This document shows positions 18,566 to 30,210 of a stretch of 59,474 nucleotides of DNA, in pieces. The first letter of the stretch is position 1. Every line of letters starts with the position of its first letter. The stretch lies in NCBI GenBank assembly GCA_948439995.1, contig CAOJNP010000004.1, forward strand, positions 1 through 59,474. The letters run 5' to 3'. The notes beneath the pieces are model-generated. The model worked only from the letters and a program-made list of their open reading frames with translations, did not search any database and had not been told where the DNA came from. The stretch comes from an uncultured Erysipelotrichaceae bacterium. GTDB lineage: Bacteria > Bacillota_I > Bacilli_A > RF39 > UBA660. The translations under genes and the position numbers were made by a program.

Positions 18566-18830
18566 TCAATTTTTTATATTTTGTTTGTTAACAAAGGCAA
18601 GACGTAACTTAATAATCTTTCTAAGCATTTTATATGAATATCCTTTAGATCTAGAAGAAGTAAGAGTAGCAATATTATGAGAATTTGTGATTCCATAGGA
18701 CAACTCATTTTGTATTGGAGAGCCTTTAATATCATTCCAGTTAGAGATAATATAATTATATTTTTGCTGGTAGTATCTTCACGTTTAGGAATGTGTTGAT
18801 TTTGTACCTTATGAAATAGAATATGCAACA
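18566..18830 (-). pseudogene. Frameshifted remnant of an ISLre2/UPF0236-like transposase C-terminus
   Basis: Joining two minus-strand frames gives YIISNWNDI / SCPMESQI / SHNIATLTSSRSKGYSYKMLRKIIKLRL, which resembles the Y..NNW...E...SH....R..G.S......LR pattern of this family. Confidence 0.5.
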
Positions 18831-19422
18831 CATTCTAATTATTATTTAGGAAGAAAATGTGATAAAGAATATCAACATAATCGTATTATAAATAAAAAAA
18901 GAAATTAAGTGCAAATTACGATTTTTATTTGCAAGAATCTTAATTCATAGTTTTACAATTATTATCTTTTAATATTACTAAATTTTTTTAGAAATTACTA
19001 TGATACATGTTTCATGCTATATAATAAAGGTAATACTATAAAGCGAAAACTTTAGTTGCTTTGCAACTAGTCTCGCCTATAAAACTATACTTCAATACTA
19101 TGCAACCCCATAGTATCTTTTTAATATTTAAAAATTAATGTTTTAAAAAAATTTCAAATTTTTACTACTAATTTACTACTTTTGAAAGTTAAAATTTAAG
19201 GATTCTAACAATTTTTTAAGAAATATCCTTAAAAAATAAATTAGTTGTATCCATAGATAAATAAGGGTTACGAGAATATTTAAGAATTTATGAAATATAC
19301 TCAAAAAATACTGTATTTTTTACTAAAAAGGACAACAAAGTTTAAAAAAGGAAAGAAATTATTGGAACTAAAACTAGCAATTTTTGAATAAAAAATATAT
19401 AATGAAGAAATAGAAGCCTGAG

Positions 19423-20733
19423 GTGAGAGTTTTGAAAAATATTGAAATTCGAAATGTGAAAGGAACATTTGATTATTTACCAAAAGAACAACAAATAAGA
19501 AATCAAGTAGAGAATAGTTTAAAAGAAGTTTTTGAATCTTTTGGATATCTACCAGTTGTTACACCAACACTTTGCTATTACGACGTATTAGCTAGTAAAT
19601 ATGGGGGTGGAGCAGAAATTTTGAAAGAGGTTTATCATTTAACTGATCAAGGAGAAAGAAATCTTGCACTTCGTTATGATTTAACCGTTCCTTTTGCAAA
19701 ACTAATTACTCTTACAAAAGATTTAAACATGCCTTTTAAACGATATGAAATTGGTAAAGTATTTCGTGATGGTCCAGTTAAAGTGGGTAGAAATCGTGAA
19801 TTTATTCAATGTGATGTCGATGTTGTTGGCGTTTCAGATGTAATGATTGATGCAGAACTAATTAGTCTTTACATTCATGCTTTTAATAAATTGAATATTT
19901 CTTATACCGTTTTTTATAATAATCGCAAGTTAATGACTGGAATTTTACAAGTTTGCGGAGTAGAAGAAGAAAAAATGAATTCTGTAATTACTGTGATTGA
20001 TAAATTTAAAAAATTATCTCAAAATGAGATTAAAAAGGAATTTTTTAATTGTGGTATGAAAGAAGAGCAAATCTCTAAATTATATGAATATTTTAATATG
20101 GAATTTGAAGAAATTCTTGCTCAATTTCAAGAAACAGATCATTCTTTAATTCAAGAAGGAATTAAAGAATTAAAGGAAGTAAAAGATTATTTAAACACTT
20201 TAGGTGTGGAAGAAAAGACTCAAATTGATTTTACTTTAGCAAGAGGTCTTGATATTTATACAGGAACAGTATTTGAAGTTTTTGCAAAAATTAGTAACAT
20301 GACTTCTGCAATCGGTGGTGGTGGAAGATATGATAAAATTATTACTAATTTTATTGATGATGGATTGGAATATCCAGCTGTTGGATGTAGTTTTGGATTG
20401 GATGCCATTGTTGAAGTGTTAAAAGAGCAAGAAATTCTTCAAAAAAGAAGTACAATTGATTTATTTTTGGTGCCACTGAATACCAAAAAAGAATCTTTGA
20501 AATTAGCAAATGAACTTCGAAAAAGAGGAATTAAAGTAGATATTCAATATAACGAAAGAAAATTAAATAAAATATTAAATTCGATAGATCGAGAAAATAT
20601 CCCCTTTGTTATTGTTTTAGGAGAAAATGAAGTAAAAGAAAATAAAATAATTTTGAAAAATATGATTCATAAAACAAATCATGAATTTTCTATTCAGGAT
20701 TATGAGAATATTAGTAAAATGATTCGAGAATGA
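19423..20733 (+). CDS. hisS: Histidine--tRNA ligase
   Basis: KGTFDY, LRYDLTVP, FRDGP, REFIQCDVD, RGLDIYTG, GGGRYD. Confidence 0.96.
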   Translation: MRVLKNIEIRNVKGTFDYLPKEQQIRNQVENSLKEVFESFGYLPVVTPTLCYYDVLASKYGGGAEILKEVYHLTDQGERNLALRYDLTVPFAKLITLTKDLNMPFKRYEIGKVFRDGPVKVGRNREFIQCDVDVVGVSDVMIDAELISLYIHAFNKLNISYTVFYNNRKLMTGILQVCGVEEEKMNSVITVIDKFKKLSQNEIKKEFFNCGMKEEQISKLYEYFNMEFEEILAQFQETDHSLIQEGIKELKEVKDYLNTLGVEEKTQIDFTLARGLDIYTGTVFEVFAKISNMTSAIGGGGRYDKIITNFIDDGLEYPAVGCSFGLDAIVEVLKEQEILQKRSTIDLFLVPLNTKKESLKLANELRKRGIKVDIQYNERKLNKILNSIDRENIPFVIVLGENEVKENKIILKNMIHKTNHEFSIQDYENISKMIRE

Positions 20734-20779
20734 GAATTTCTCTTTTTTTATGAATTAGTGTCAATCTGATGAATCATAA

Positions 20780-22253
<1,474 letters not shown>

Positions 22254-22333
22254 TAAATTCCTTTTTTATAGATGATAGATTCTTATTTATTAAATCAAAA
22301 AACTTAACCTTTTAGTTAAGTTTTTTTGTGACT

Positions 22334-22705
22334 TTAGGATCCATTTGTTTTTCTATTAATTCCAATCATTGCACTTACAATACTTATGATTAAAATAATT
22401 AAATAATAAAGAACTCTATAAATTGTTAATGGGGACCAAAAAAAGATCATGTTTAAGAAAATTAAAGTTAAAATTAGTATTCCACCAATTTTGAGTCCTT
22501 TTAAATAACCATTTTTTAAAGCAAGTTTTCCTGATGAATAACCGATATAAAATGTGATTATAAGCATATAAATGATTAATATGATTTGACTTGTTTTGCC
22601 AACAAATATACCAAAATAATTCAATATACTAAGAAGTAGAGATAAAAGAATGCTACTTCCTAAAAATAAAAGTAAAACTTTTCCATAGTGTTTTAATTGT
22701 TTCAT
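22334..22705 (-). CDS. TIGR04086/YrzE-like membrane protein
   Basis: Four TM helices, KNGYLKG, terminal MIGIN; synteny with tgt and yrbG. Confidence 0.65.
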   Translation of the reverse strand: MKQLKHYGKVLLLFLGSSILLSLLLSILNYFGIFVGKTSQIILIIYMLIITFYIGYSSGKLALKNGYLKGLKIGGILILTLIFLNMIFFWSPLTIYRVLYYLIILIISIVSAMIGINRKTNGS

Positions 22706-22782
22706 TATATCAATTCCTTTAATAAATTGTATGATCATGATTAAAAATTTATTCTTTTGACCATAATACTATTGGTGATAAT

Positions 22783-23430
22783 ATGAATGAAATTTTTAAA
22801 ATTTTAATCCGAACTACTTTTTTTTACTTTTTTATTGTTTTATTGTATCGAATTATGGGAAAGCGAGAAATTGGTCAATTAGGAATCATTGATTTAATTG
22901 TTTCTATTTTGATTGCAGAATTAGTAGCAATCAGTATTGAAAATATTGATGCATCTATTTGGATGACCATTGTCCCTTTAACATTATTAGTTGGTTTGGA
23001 GCTATTGTTAGCATTCGTTAGTATCAAATCAAGAACATTTCGAACTTTTTTTGGGGGAAAACCATCCTTAATAGTGGTAAATGGAAAAGTAAATTATCGT
23101 GAAATGGTTCGTCAGCGTTACTCAATGGATGATTTACTTTTAAGTCTTCGTCAAAAATCAATTAAGAGTATTGATGAAGTAGAATATGCTTTTTTGGAAC
23201 CAAATGGAAAGCTATCTATTTTTCAATATAATTTTTTCAAGTTGAGTTCAGATTATCCAATGCCACTTATTTTGGATGGAAGCTTACAAAAGAAAGCATT
23301 AGAATATATTCATAAAAGTGAATATTGGTTGCAAAAGGAATTATCGCGAAAGAACTTAAATGTAAGTGACGTTTTTTACGCATTTTATAAAAAGAAAAAA
23401 ATTTACTTAATTCGAAAATGCGACTTATAA
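22783..23430 (+). CDS. DUF421 (YetF/YrbG) membrane protein
   Basis: RIMGKREIGQL, LEPNGKLS, PLILDG. Confidence 0.9.
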   Translation: MNEIFKILIRTTFFYFFIVLLYRIMGKREIGQLGIIDLIVSILIAELVAISIENIDASIWMTIVPLTLLVGLELLLAFVSIKSRTFRTFFGGKPSLIVVNGKVNYREMVRQRYSMDDLLLSLRQKSIKSIDEVEYAFLEPNGKLSIFQYNFFKLSSDYPMPLILDGSLQKKALEYIHKSEYWLQKELSRKNLNVSDVFYAFYKKKKIYLIRKCDL

Positions 23431-23645
23431 CAAATTGTTAAAAAAAGATTTTTTTAAGAGCAGTGGAAAAGATTGATAAGTGATTATTTATTCCTTTTAA
23501 AACAACCTGATTAATTTTTACTTTTTTTTTGAAATCAATTTATGAATTTCTTTAAATTTTTTGAAAAAAATTGTAAGAAATCTTTTTTATTTTTTCCTAG
23601 AATGCTATAATAAATCATAAGATTTATAAAAAAGGAGATGCTGGT

Positions 23646-24176
23646 ATGGAAAAGAAAAAAAAGAGTCGCATTAAGCGAGCAAGATTCCGTCTGTTTTTTT
23701 TAGTAATCGGTTGTATTTTAGGGATTGGTGTTGTTTTTCTTTTCTTGATACATCATCTTTTTGAAATTCAAATTCCAGAACGTCTTCGTTATATTAAAGA
23801 TTATCAAGAATTTACACTATCTGTTGATACCGTTCCAGGTTGTACAGATGAAATTTATCCTTTGTTTCAATATGAAAATCAGATTTATAATGGAATCTGT
23901 GTTTGGAATGTTAGCGTTAATTATGGAACGGTAAAAGCACCTTTAAAAATGGTTTTAGAAGAGAAATATATTGAATTAAAAGATGTTTTAAAAAAGATGG
24001 GTCAATTGCAAGTAGATCCTCAAAGTGATTTTTTAGCTCAATATGAATATCGTAGAAGCGATCTAACGAATGAAAATTATCGGGTTACCGTTCTTCAAAA
24101 TCCATATCAAAATGTAGAATTAACACAAGTAACATTTGAACCATTCTTGGAAAAAATAGAAGAAAATGAAAATTAG
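23646..24176 (+). CDS. Hypothetical membrane-anchored protein
   Basis: AAGGAG RBS; single N-terminal TM. Confidence 0.65.
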   Translation: MEKKKKSRIKRARFRLFFLVIGCILGIGVVFLFLIHHLFEIQIPERLRYIKDYQEFTLSVDTVPGCTDEIYPLFQYENQIYNGICVWNVSVNYGTVKAPLKMVLEEKYIELKDVLKKMGQLQVDPQSDFLAQYEYRRSDLTNENYRVTVLQNPYQNVELTQVTFEPFLEKIEENEN

Positions 24177-25471
24177 GAAGCAAATAGATACTTCCTAATT
24201 TTTTTCATATTTAAAAATACCACAATGATGATATTAATCATTTCCGCATAAATTAAACTATACATGCCAATTTGACAAAAACATAAAATCGTTAAAGAAC
24301 TTAATTTTATAATTTCGCCGATTAAAGTAATTTTCATGGTTTCTTTGGCATAACCAAGTGCTTGTAACATGCTCATGAGTGGAGCTTCCAAATAAAATAA
24401 AACAAAAAATGGAGCCAGTATACGAATATAATCTAAACCTAAATTGGTATTATAAATCATATGTAATAAGGATTCTCGATAACAATATATGGTAATTGAA
24501 AAGAAAAGTCCAACGAAAAACGAAAAACCAATTGCTTGCCAAAATCTTCGCTTGATCATAGTTTTATTTCTCATCCCTAAATATTTACTGATTTCTGGAA
24601 TTAAAGCGGAGCAGACAGCTCCTACGAAAAAACTTGGCATTGTTAAAAGGGCAATAGTATATGCATTATAAGCTCCATATTCTCTTAAAATGTATTCATT
24701 CGAATAACCACAAAAAAGTAATAAGTTGGTTAAAATAATTGGTTCTAAAAAGAATCCAATATTCCCAATAAATCGAGATGAAACAGTGGGAAGAGAAATT
24801 GCAAATACTTCTTTCATCGTTTTTTTATTTGGTTTGATATCTTCTTTTTTTATTGTAAATTTTTTAGGAGCAAAACAAATAAAAGTAATGATACTTACGA
24901 TTTCTGTCACAATATTAAATAAAATTAAACCCATGACAGCGAAAAAAATAGATTGCTTCATAAGAAGGGGAAGCAAAAAAAGAATTAGCATAATTTTGAC
25001 GATTTGTTCTATGATGTTGGAAATAGTATTAGGTATCATTTTTTGTTTTCCAAAAAAGTATCCTCTTAAAATAGAAGAGATACTAATAAATGGGAGAGTT
25101 AGTGTCATTGCAATTAATAAATAATAGCAATCAGGATTTTTTAATAAATTGGTTGCGATAGTTTTGCTCATGAAAAACATAAAAGTGACAAGTATGATAT
25201 TTAATAGCATGATAATGAAGCTTGCTGAAAATAATATTTTGGAACTTTTAAATTTTTGTTCTGCAATCATTTTACTAATGGCAATGGGAAGACTTAAAGA
25301 TGCAATAGTAATTAAAAGAGAATAGGTTGGCATGACAATCGAATATAAACTCACTCCGGTTTCTCCAATAATTCTGGTATACATAATTTTAATGAAAAAA
25401 CCTAGTATTCTGGTAATTGCGCCACCTAACATTAGAATTAAAGTAGATGTAATAAATTTATTTTTCCTCAT
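24173..25471 (-). CDS. spoVB: SpoVB-like MOP flippase
   Basis: TRILGF...R.IG, LPIAISK, LRGYF.G, IEQIV; synteny yrbG-spoVB-comN. Confidence 0.8.
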   Translation of the reverse strand: MRKNKFITSTLILMLGGAITRILGFFIKIMYTRIIGETGVSLYSIVMPTYSLLITIASLSLPIAISKMIAEQKFKSSKILFSASFIIMLLNIILVTFMFFMSKTIATNLLKNPDCYYLLIAMTLTLPFISISSILRGYFFGKQKMIPNTISNIIEQIVKIMLILFLLPLLMKQSIFFAVMGLILFNIVTEIVSIITFICFAPKKFTIKKEDIKPNKKTMKEVFAISLPTVSSRFIGNIGFFLEPIILTNLLLFCGYSNEYILREYGAYNAYTIALLTMPSFFVGAVCSALIPEISKYLGMRNKTMIKRRFWQAIGFSFFVGLFFSITIYCYRESLLHMIYNTNLGLDYIRILAPFFVLFYLEAPLMSMLQALGYAKETMKITLIGEIIKLSSLTILCFCQIGMYSLIYAEMINIIIVVFLNMKKIRKYLFAS

Positions 25472-25552
25472 AATTACTCCTTTTCTAAAAAAATTCTTTG
25501 ATATATAATAAATGTATGCATAACATATTGTTTTTAGATTTCAGGTGAGAAT

Positions 25553-25816
25553 ATGGAAGAAATAATTGAATCATTAGATCGTCTTTATGAGCGATTAGTC
25601 CCTGCTTTAAAAAGTAAAGAGTTGGAAATGCATAAAAATCATATGATTTATATAACAAAAAAAGATATTTGGAATTTTTTTTATCATACTAAATGGAAAA
25701 AAGGAATGGATTTAACGTTAGCAGATTTGGTAGATGATATTTTAAATACAGATAATTTTGAAATTGATGAATATGTGAGAAAAGAAAGAGAGACCAATTA
25801 TGAATCCAAAGATTAA
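25553..25816 (+). CDS. comN: ComN-like post-transcriptional regulator
   Basis: PALKSK..E, DIWN...KWK, LVDDIL; divergent from spoVB. Confidence 0.75.
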   Translation: MEEIIESLDRLYERLVPALKSKELEMHKNHMIYITKKDIWNFFYHTKWKKGMDLTLADLVDDILNTDNFEIDEYVRKERETNYESKD

Positions 25817-26438
25817 TGTTTTTGCACAAAATTCCATTTTGATTAGTGGGTCTTATAAGGTTTATTTTGACCCATTTCATATTCCTGAAAATTTTCATGA
25901 TGCGGATTATGTTTTTATTACACATCCTCATTGGGATCATTTTTCATTAGTAGATCTTTTAAAAGTTAGAAATGAAAATACTTCTTTTTTTGTTCCCAAA
26001 GAAATATATGAAGAACTTTTGGACATAGGAGTCAAAGAAGAACAAATCAAAGTAGTAAAACCGGATGAAATTTACTATTTTGAGAAGATGAGTTTTCAAG
26101 TGATTCCAGCATACAATATTTTAAAAGATCATCATTTGAAAGAAAGCAATTGGATGGGATATTTACTGACTATGGATGAAATTATTTATTATATTGCAGG
26201 AGATACTGATGTGACTCCAGAAAATAAAAATATTGCAGCAGATGTTTTATTTTTACCAGTAGGTGGAACTTATACGATGAATTATGAAGAAGCTGCGAAT
26301 CTTGCGAATTTGATTCATCCAAAGCTTGCAATTCCAACTCATTATTTGACTGTTGTCGGAAGTATTTCAGATGCAGAAAATTTTTGCAATTTATTAAAAA
26401 AAGAGATTGCAAGTAAAATTTTTTATAAAGAAAAGTAA
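25800..26438 (+). CDS. MBL-fold metallo-hydrolase
   Basis: THPHWDH, YIAGDT, LPVGG.YTM, IPTHY. Confidence 0.9.
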   Translation: MNPKINVFAQNSILISGSYKVYFDPFHIPENFHDADYVFITHPHWDHFSLVDLLKVRNENTSFFVPKEIYEELLDIGVKEEQIKVVKPDEIYYFEKMSFQVIPAYNILKDHHLKESNWMGYLLTMDEIIYYIAGDTDVTPENKNIAADVLFLPVGGTYTMNYEEAANLANLIHPKLAIPTHYLTVVGSISDAENFCNLLKKEIASKIFYKEK

Positions 26439-26446
26439 GGTGTATT

Positions 26447-28585
26447 ATGGAAGAGAGTATAACCATTGAAAAATTAGTTTCAGTAATTGAACCGATTATG
26501 TCAATGGAAGAAATTATTAAGATAAAAGAAGCATATTTCTATGTAAAAGAAAAATATCAAAAAGAAACAGAATTAGCAAAAGATTTTATTGAGCATTCTT
26601 TATCGGTTGCTTATATTTTAACTGATCTTCATGTAGATTCAACCACCATTTGTGCTGCTTTACTTCATGAAATATTAAGTAAAACTGAGACTTCAAAAGA
26701 AGAACTACAAGAAAAATTCGGTTCAGCAGTCATTGAAATTGTTGATTCATTAAGTAAAATTAATCATTTAGAATTACCGGATGATTCGGAAACTTCAGCT
26801 ATTTATTTAAGAAAAGTATTAGTAGGTCTTGCCAAAGATGTCCGAGTGATTTTTATTAAATTAGCCGATCGATTGCATGTACTTCGAAATGCCAGTTGTT
26901 TATCTATACAAGAACAAAAACAAAAAGCCAATGAAACGATGAGTGTATTGGTTCCAATTGCAAGTCGATTGGGAATCAATTCTATTAAAAGTGAACTAGA
27001 GAATTTATCTCTTTATTATTTAAAGCCAGAAGTTTATCAAGATATTTTAACGAGATTAAATGCATCTGAAGAAGAATTAAAAGATGTATTAGAAGACATG
27101 CAAGATTCGATTAGTAATATTTTAATGGAAAATGGAATTCATTTTTATATCAAAAGCCGTGTCAAAAGTGTACATAGTATTTATAATAAGTTGAACAATG
27201 GAAAGAAATGGAACAACATTTATGATATTTTGGCATTACGAATTATCGTTGATAAAGTAAGCGATTGCTATACTACAATTGGCTTAATTCATGCGAAGTA
27301 TCGTCCGATGCCAGGGAGATTTAAAGATTATATCGCAATGCCAAAAGAAAATATGTATCAAAGTTTGCATACAGGTGTTTTTGGAATTGATGGAAATTGT
27401 TTTGAAATCCAAATACGTACGTGGGAAATGGACGAAATTGCTGAAAAAGGAATTGCTTCTCACTGGTCTTATAAAGAAAAAGGTACAAAAAAAGTTCAAA
27501 GTATGATGGAACAAAAACTAGAGATTTTTCGTAATCTTATTGAAGCAAATGAAGAGGAAAATGATACCGATTTTGCAAGTACCATTACCAATGATTTTTT
27601 AAATGATTTTATTTATGTTTTTACCCCAAAAGGGGATGTAGTTGAATTACCAAAAGGATCTACTCCCATTGATTTTGCTTATCGAATTCATACTGCAGTT
27701 GGTGATAAAGTGGTGGGTGCTTTGGTAAATGATACTATTGTTCCATTAAATTATGAACTGCAAGATCAAGATATTGTCAAAATTAATACCAAAGAAACAA
27801 GTACACCATCCAAAGAATGGTTACAATTTGTTAAAACGAGTCAAGCAAAAAATAAAATTAAATCATATTTTAATAAACAAGATAGAGAACATTATATTTT
27901 AAAAGGAAAAGAAATATTAGAAAGTACTTTAAGAAAGAAAAAATTATCTTTTGAAACTGTTTTAAGTAACGAAAATATTAAAAAAGTTTGTAAAGACTTA
28001 AAATTAGATGATTTAAATGAAATTTATTTTGCAATTGGAACTCTTCGTTATACTCCCCTTTATATTATTAACTTAACCATGGAAGATAAGAAAAATGTTC
28101 AAGATGCTTTAATTGAAAAAGTAAGTCGTTCAAGTAATGTAGAACTAAAGCCTCAAAAAAGTGAAATTATTGTTGCTGGATCGAATGATATTTTAGTGAG
28201 TTTAGCAAAATGTTGTCATCCTGTTCGGGGAGATGCAATCAAAGGATATGTCACCAAAGGGGAAGGGGTTAGTGTTCATTTAGAAAATTGTCCAAATATA
28301 AAAGATAAAACAGAACGAATTATTGATGTTTCTTGGAATGCCGAAAAAGAAGGTAATTATTATACAACACTTTTTATTTCTGTTTTATTAGGAAAAAATT
28401 ATTTACTAGATATTATTGCTTGTTCTACGACTAAAAATATTTATATTGATTCTATCAAAACAAAGGAAGATATTAATTCTTTGAATTATGAAATAACGAT
28501 TAAAGTAAAAAATAAAGAAGAATTGGATGCCTTTATTTCAACATTGGAACAAAAAGAATTTATTAAGAAAGTAAGAAGAATTTAA
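26447..28585 (+). CDS. relA: Long RelA/SpoT homolog with a degenerate hydrolase motif
   Basis: RFKDY, YQSLHT, EIQIRT, TGS domain (FTPKG...DFAY.IH), AKCC.P, ACT domain. Confidence 0.95.
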   Translation: MEESITIEKLVSVIEPIMSMEEIIKIKEAYFYVKEKYQKETELAKDFIEHSLSVAYILTDLHVDSTTICAALLHEILSKTETSKEELQEKFGSAVIEIVDSLSKINHLELPDDSETSAIYLRKVLVGLAKDVRVIFIKLADRLHVLRNASCLSIQEQKQKANETMSVLVPIASRLGINSIKSELENLSLYYLKPEVYQDILTRLNASEEELKDVLEDMQDSISNILMENGIHFYIKSRVKSVHSIYNKLNNGKKWNNIYDILALRIIVDKVSDCYTTIGLIHAKYRPMPGRFKDYIAMPKENMYQSLHTGVFGIDGNCFEIQIRTWEMDEIAEKGIASHWSYKEKGTKKVQSMMEQKLEIFRNLIEANEEENDTDFASTITNDFLNDFIYVFTPKGDVVELPKGSTPIDFAYRIHTAVGDKVVGALVNDTIVPLNYELQDQDIVKINTKETSTPSKEWLQFVKTSQAKNKIKSYFNKQDREHYILKGKEILESTLRKKKLSFETVLSNENIKKVCKDLKLDDLNEIYFAIGTLRYTPLYIINLTMEDKKNVQDALIEKVSRSSNVELKPQKSEIIVAGSNDILVSLAKCCHPVRGDAIKGYVTKGEGVSVHLENCPNIKDKTERIIDVSWNAEKEGNYYTTLFISVLLGKNYLLDIIACSTTKNIYIDSIKTKEDINSLNYEITIKVKNKEELDAFISTLEQKEFIKKVRRI

Positions 28586-29124
28586 TGGAAAATGAAGTAA
28601 AAATTTTAGAAGTTGATACAGAAAAATGGATTTCTATGTTAGAAGAAATGGGTGCTAAGAAAATTGGTAGTTGGATACAGAAAAGAAAAGTTTATGATTT
28701 TCATCCTGTAAAAGAAAAAAAATGGATTCGTTTAAGAACCAATGGAGAAAAAACGACTTTAACGATCAAAGAAATATTGGATTCTACTAAAATTGATGGG
28801 GTTAGAGAGTTAGAAATTGAAGTTTCTGATTATGAAAAAACAGCTGAAATTTTAGAAGAATTGGGATATTATGCGAAAGCGATTCAAGAAAATAAACGAA
28901 TTCGTTATCTTTATGGAGATATCGAAATTGATATCGATACTTGGCCTTTGATTCCTACTTATGTTGAAATAGAAGGAAGAAATGTAGAATCAGTAGAACA
29001 ATTTTTGAAAAAAATTGATTATGACAAAGAAAAAATTACAACGTTAGATGTTGAAAATGTTTATCGTGAATATTATGGAATCGATATCAATCATTATCCA
29101 AATTTAACTTTTGAATTGGAATAA
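28585..29124 (+). CDS. CYTH domain protein
   Basis: N-terminal ENEVK (ExExK), WIRLR, LTIK, ELE, YVEIEG. Confidence 0.88.
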   Translation: MENEVKILEVDTEKWISMLEEMGAKKIGSWIQKRKVYDFHPVKEKKWIRLRTNGEKTTLTIKEILDSTKIDGVRELEIEVSDYEKTAEILEELGYYAKAIQENKRIRYLYGDIEIDIDTWPLIPTYVEIEGRNVESVEQFLKKIDYDKEKITTLDVENVYREYYGIDINHYPNLTFELE

Positions 29125-29261
29125 AAATGATTTATTGAATCCATTTTTTCTTTTGGAGGTTTTATGTTTTCAAATGAATGAAAGCTTTTTCATCATTTAA
29201 CAATTGAAATCATTTTAAATATTTGCTAAAATGGTGGAGTAGAATATAGGAGGCTAGTAAC

Positions 29262-29669
29262 ATGGGTTTAAGTAAACTGAAAAAAATTTTTGCAGATGAT
29301 GATGAAGATACTTTAATGGGAACAGAAGATGAATATTATTCTGTTAGTGAAGAAGAAGCCTTACAAGAAGCTGATAAGACCGGAAATAAAATGATATTAT
29401 TAGAGCCAAGAGCTTATTCCGAATCACAGCAAATTGCTGATCATTTAAAAAATAGAAATAGTGTTGTAGTAAATTTAAAAAGAGTGACAAGCGAGCAAGC
29501 AAAAAGAATCATTGATTTTTTATCTGGATGTATTTATTCTATTGGTGGAAAAATGCAAAAAATTGGAGTTGGAATATATTTATGTACTCCAAAAAATGTG
29601 AATATTCAAGGTAAAATAAGTGATGAAGCAGAAAAACCAAAAGAGATTGATGATGAGATAGAATGGTAA
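29262..29669 (+). CDS. sepF: Cell division protein SepF
   Basis: EPRAYSE, VVVNL, AKRIIDFLSG, LCTP.NV. Confidence 0.93.
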   Translation: MGLSKLKKIFADDDEDTLMGTEDEYYSVSEEEALQEADKTGNKMILLEPRAYSESQQIADHLKNRNSVVVNLKRVTSEQAKRIIDFLSGCIYSIGGKMQKIGVGIYLCTPKNVNIQGKISDEAEKPKEIDDEIEW

Positions 29670-29699
29670 AGATAATTTAATTGATCGTGAGGTGAAAGC

Positions 29700-30125
29700 A
29701 TGAAAAAATTTAGTACTAGTTTTAGTGGTTATAATAAGGTAGAAGTAAATGAGTTTGTAAAAGATGTCACAAAAGAATATGAAAGCATGCTTAACACCTT
29801 AAAAAAACGAGACCATGAAATGGAAGTTTTAAAACAAAAATTAATTAATTATCAAAATATGGAACATACATTGAATCATGCTTTAATGGTTGCTGAAGAT
29901 GCCTCTAGTCAAATCAAAAAAATGGCGAGAGAAGAATCCAAAGGAATCATTGATGATGCGAAAAGAAATGCTTCTCGGATTGTAAATGAAGCTTTAATGA
30001 GAGCAACAAAATTGGAAGAAGAAGCTGAAAACTTGCAACGAAGAATTATTAATTTCAAGCGTAAAATACGACAATCTATTGAATTGGAATTAGAAAATAT
30101 TGAAGGTATTGAAGAGGATTATTAA
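29700..30125 (+). CDS. divIVA: DivIVA protein
   Basis: F..SFSGYNKVEVNEF followed by a coiled coil; follows sepF. Confidence 0.85.
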   Translation: MKKFSTSFSGYNKVEVNEFVKDVTKEYESMLNTLKKRDHEMEVLKQKLINYQNMEHTLNHALMVAEDASSQIKKMAREESKGIIDDAKRNASRIVNEALMRATKLEEEAENLQRRIINFKRKIRQSIELELENIEGIEEDY

Positions 30126-30210
30126 ATCCTTTTTTTCTTTTTATAACATTAAAATAAGAACGATTCTGATTTTCTTTTTTATAATTAAATTATAAGAAAA
30201 GAGGAATAAA

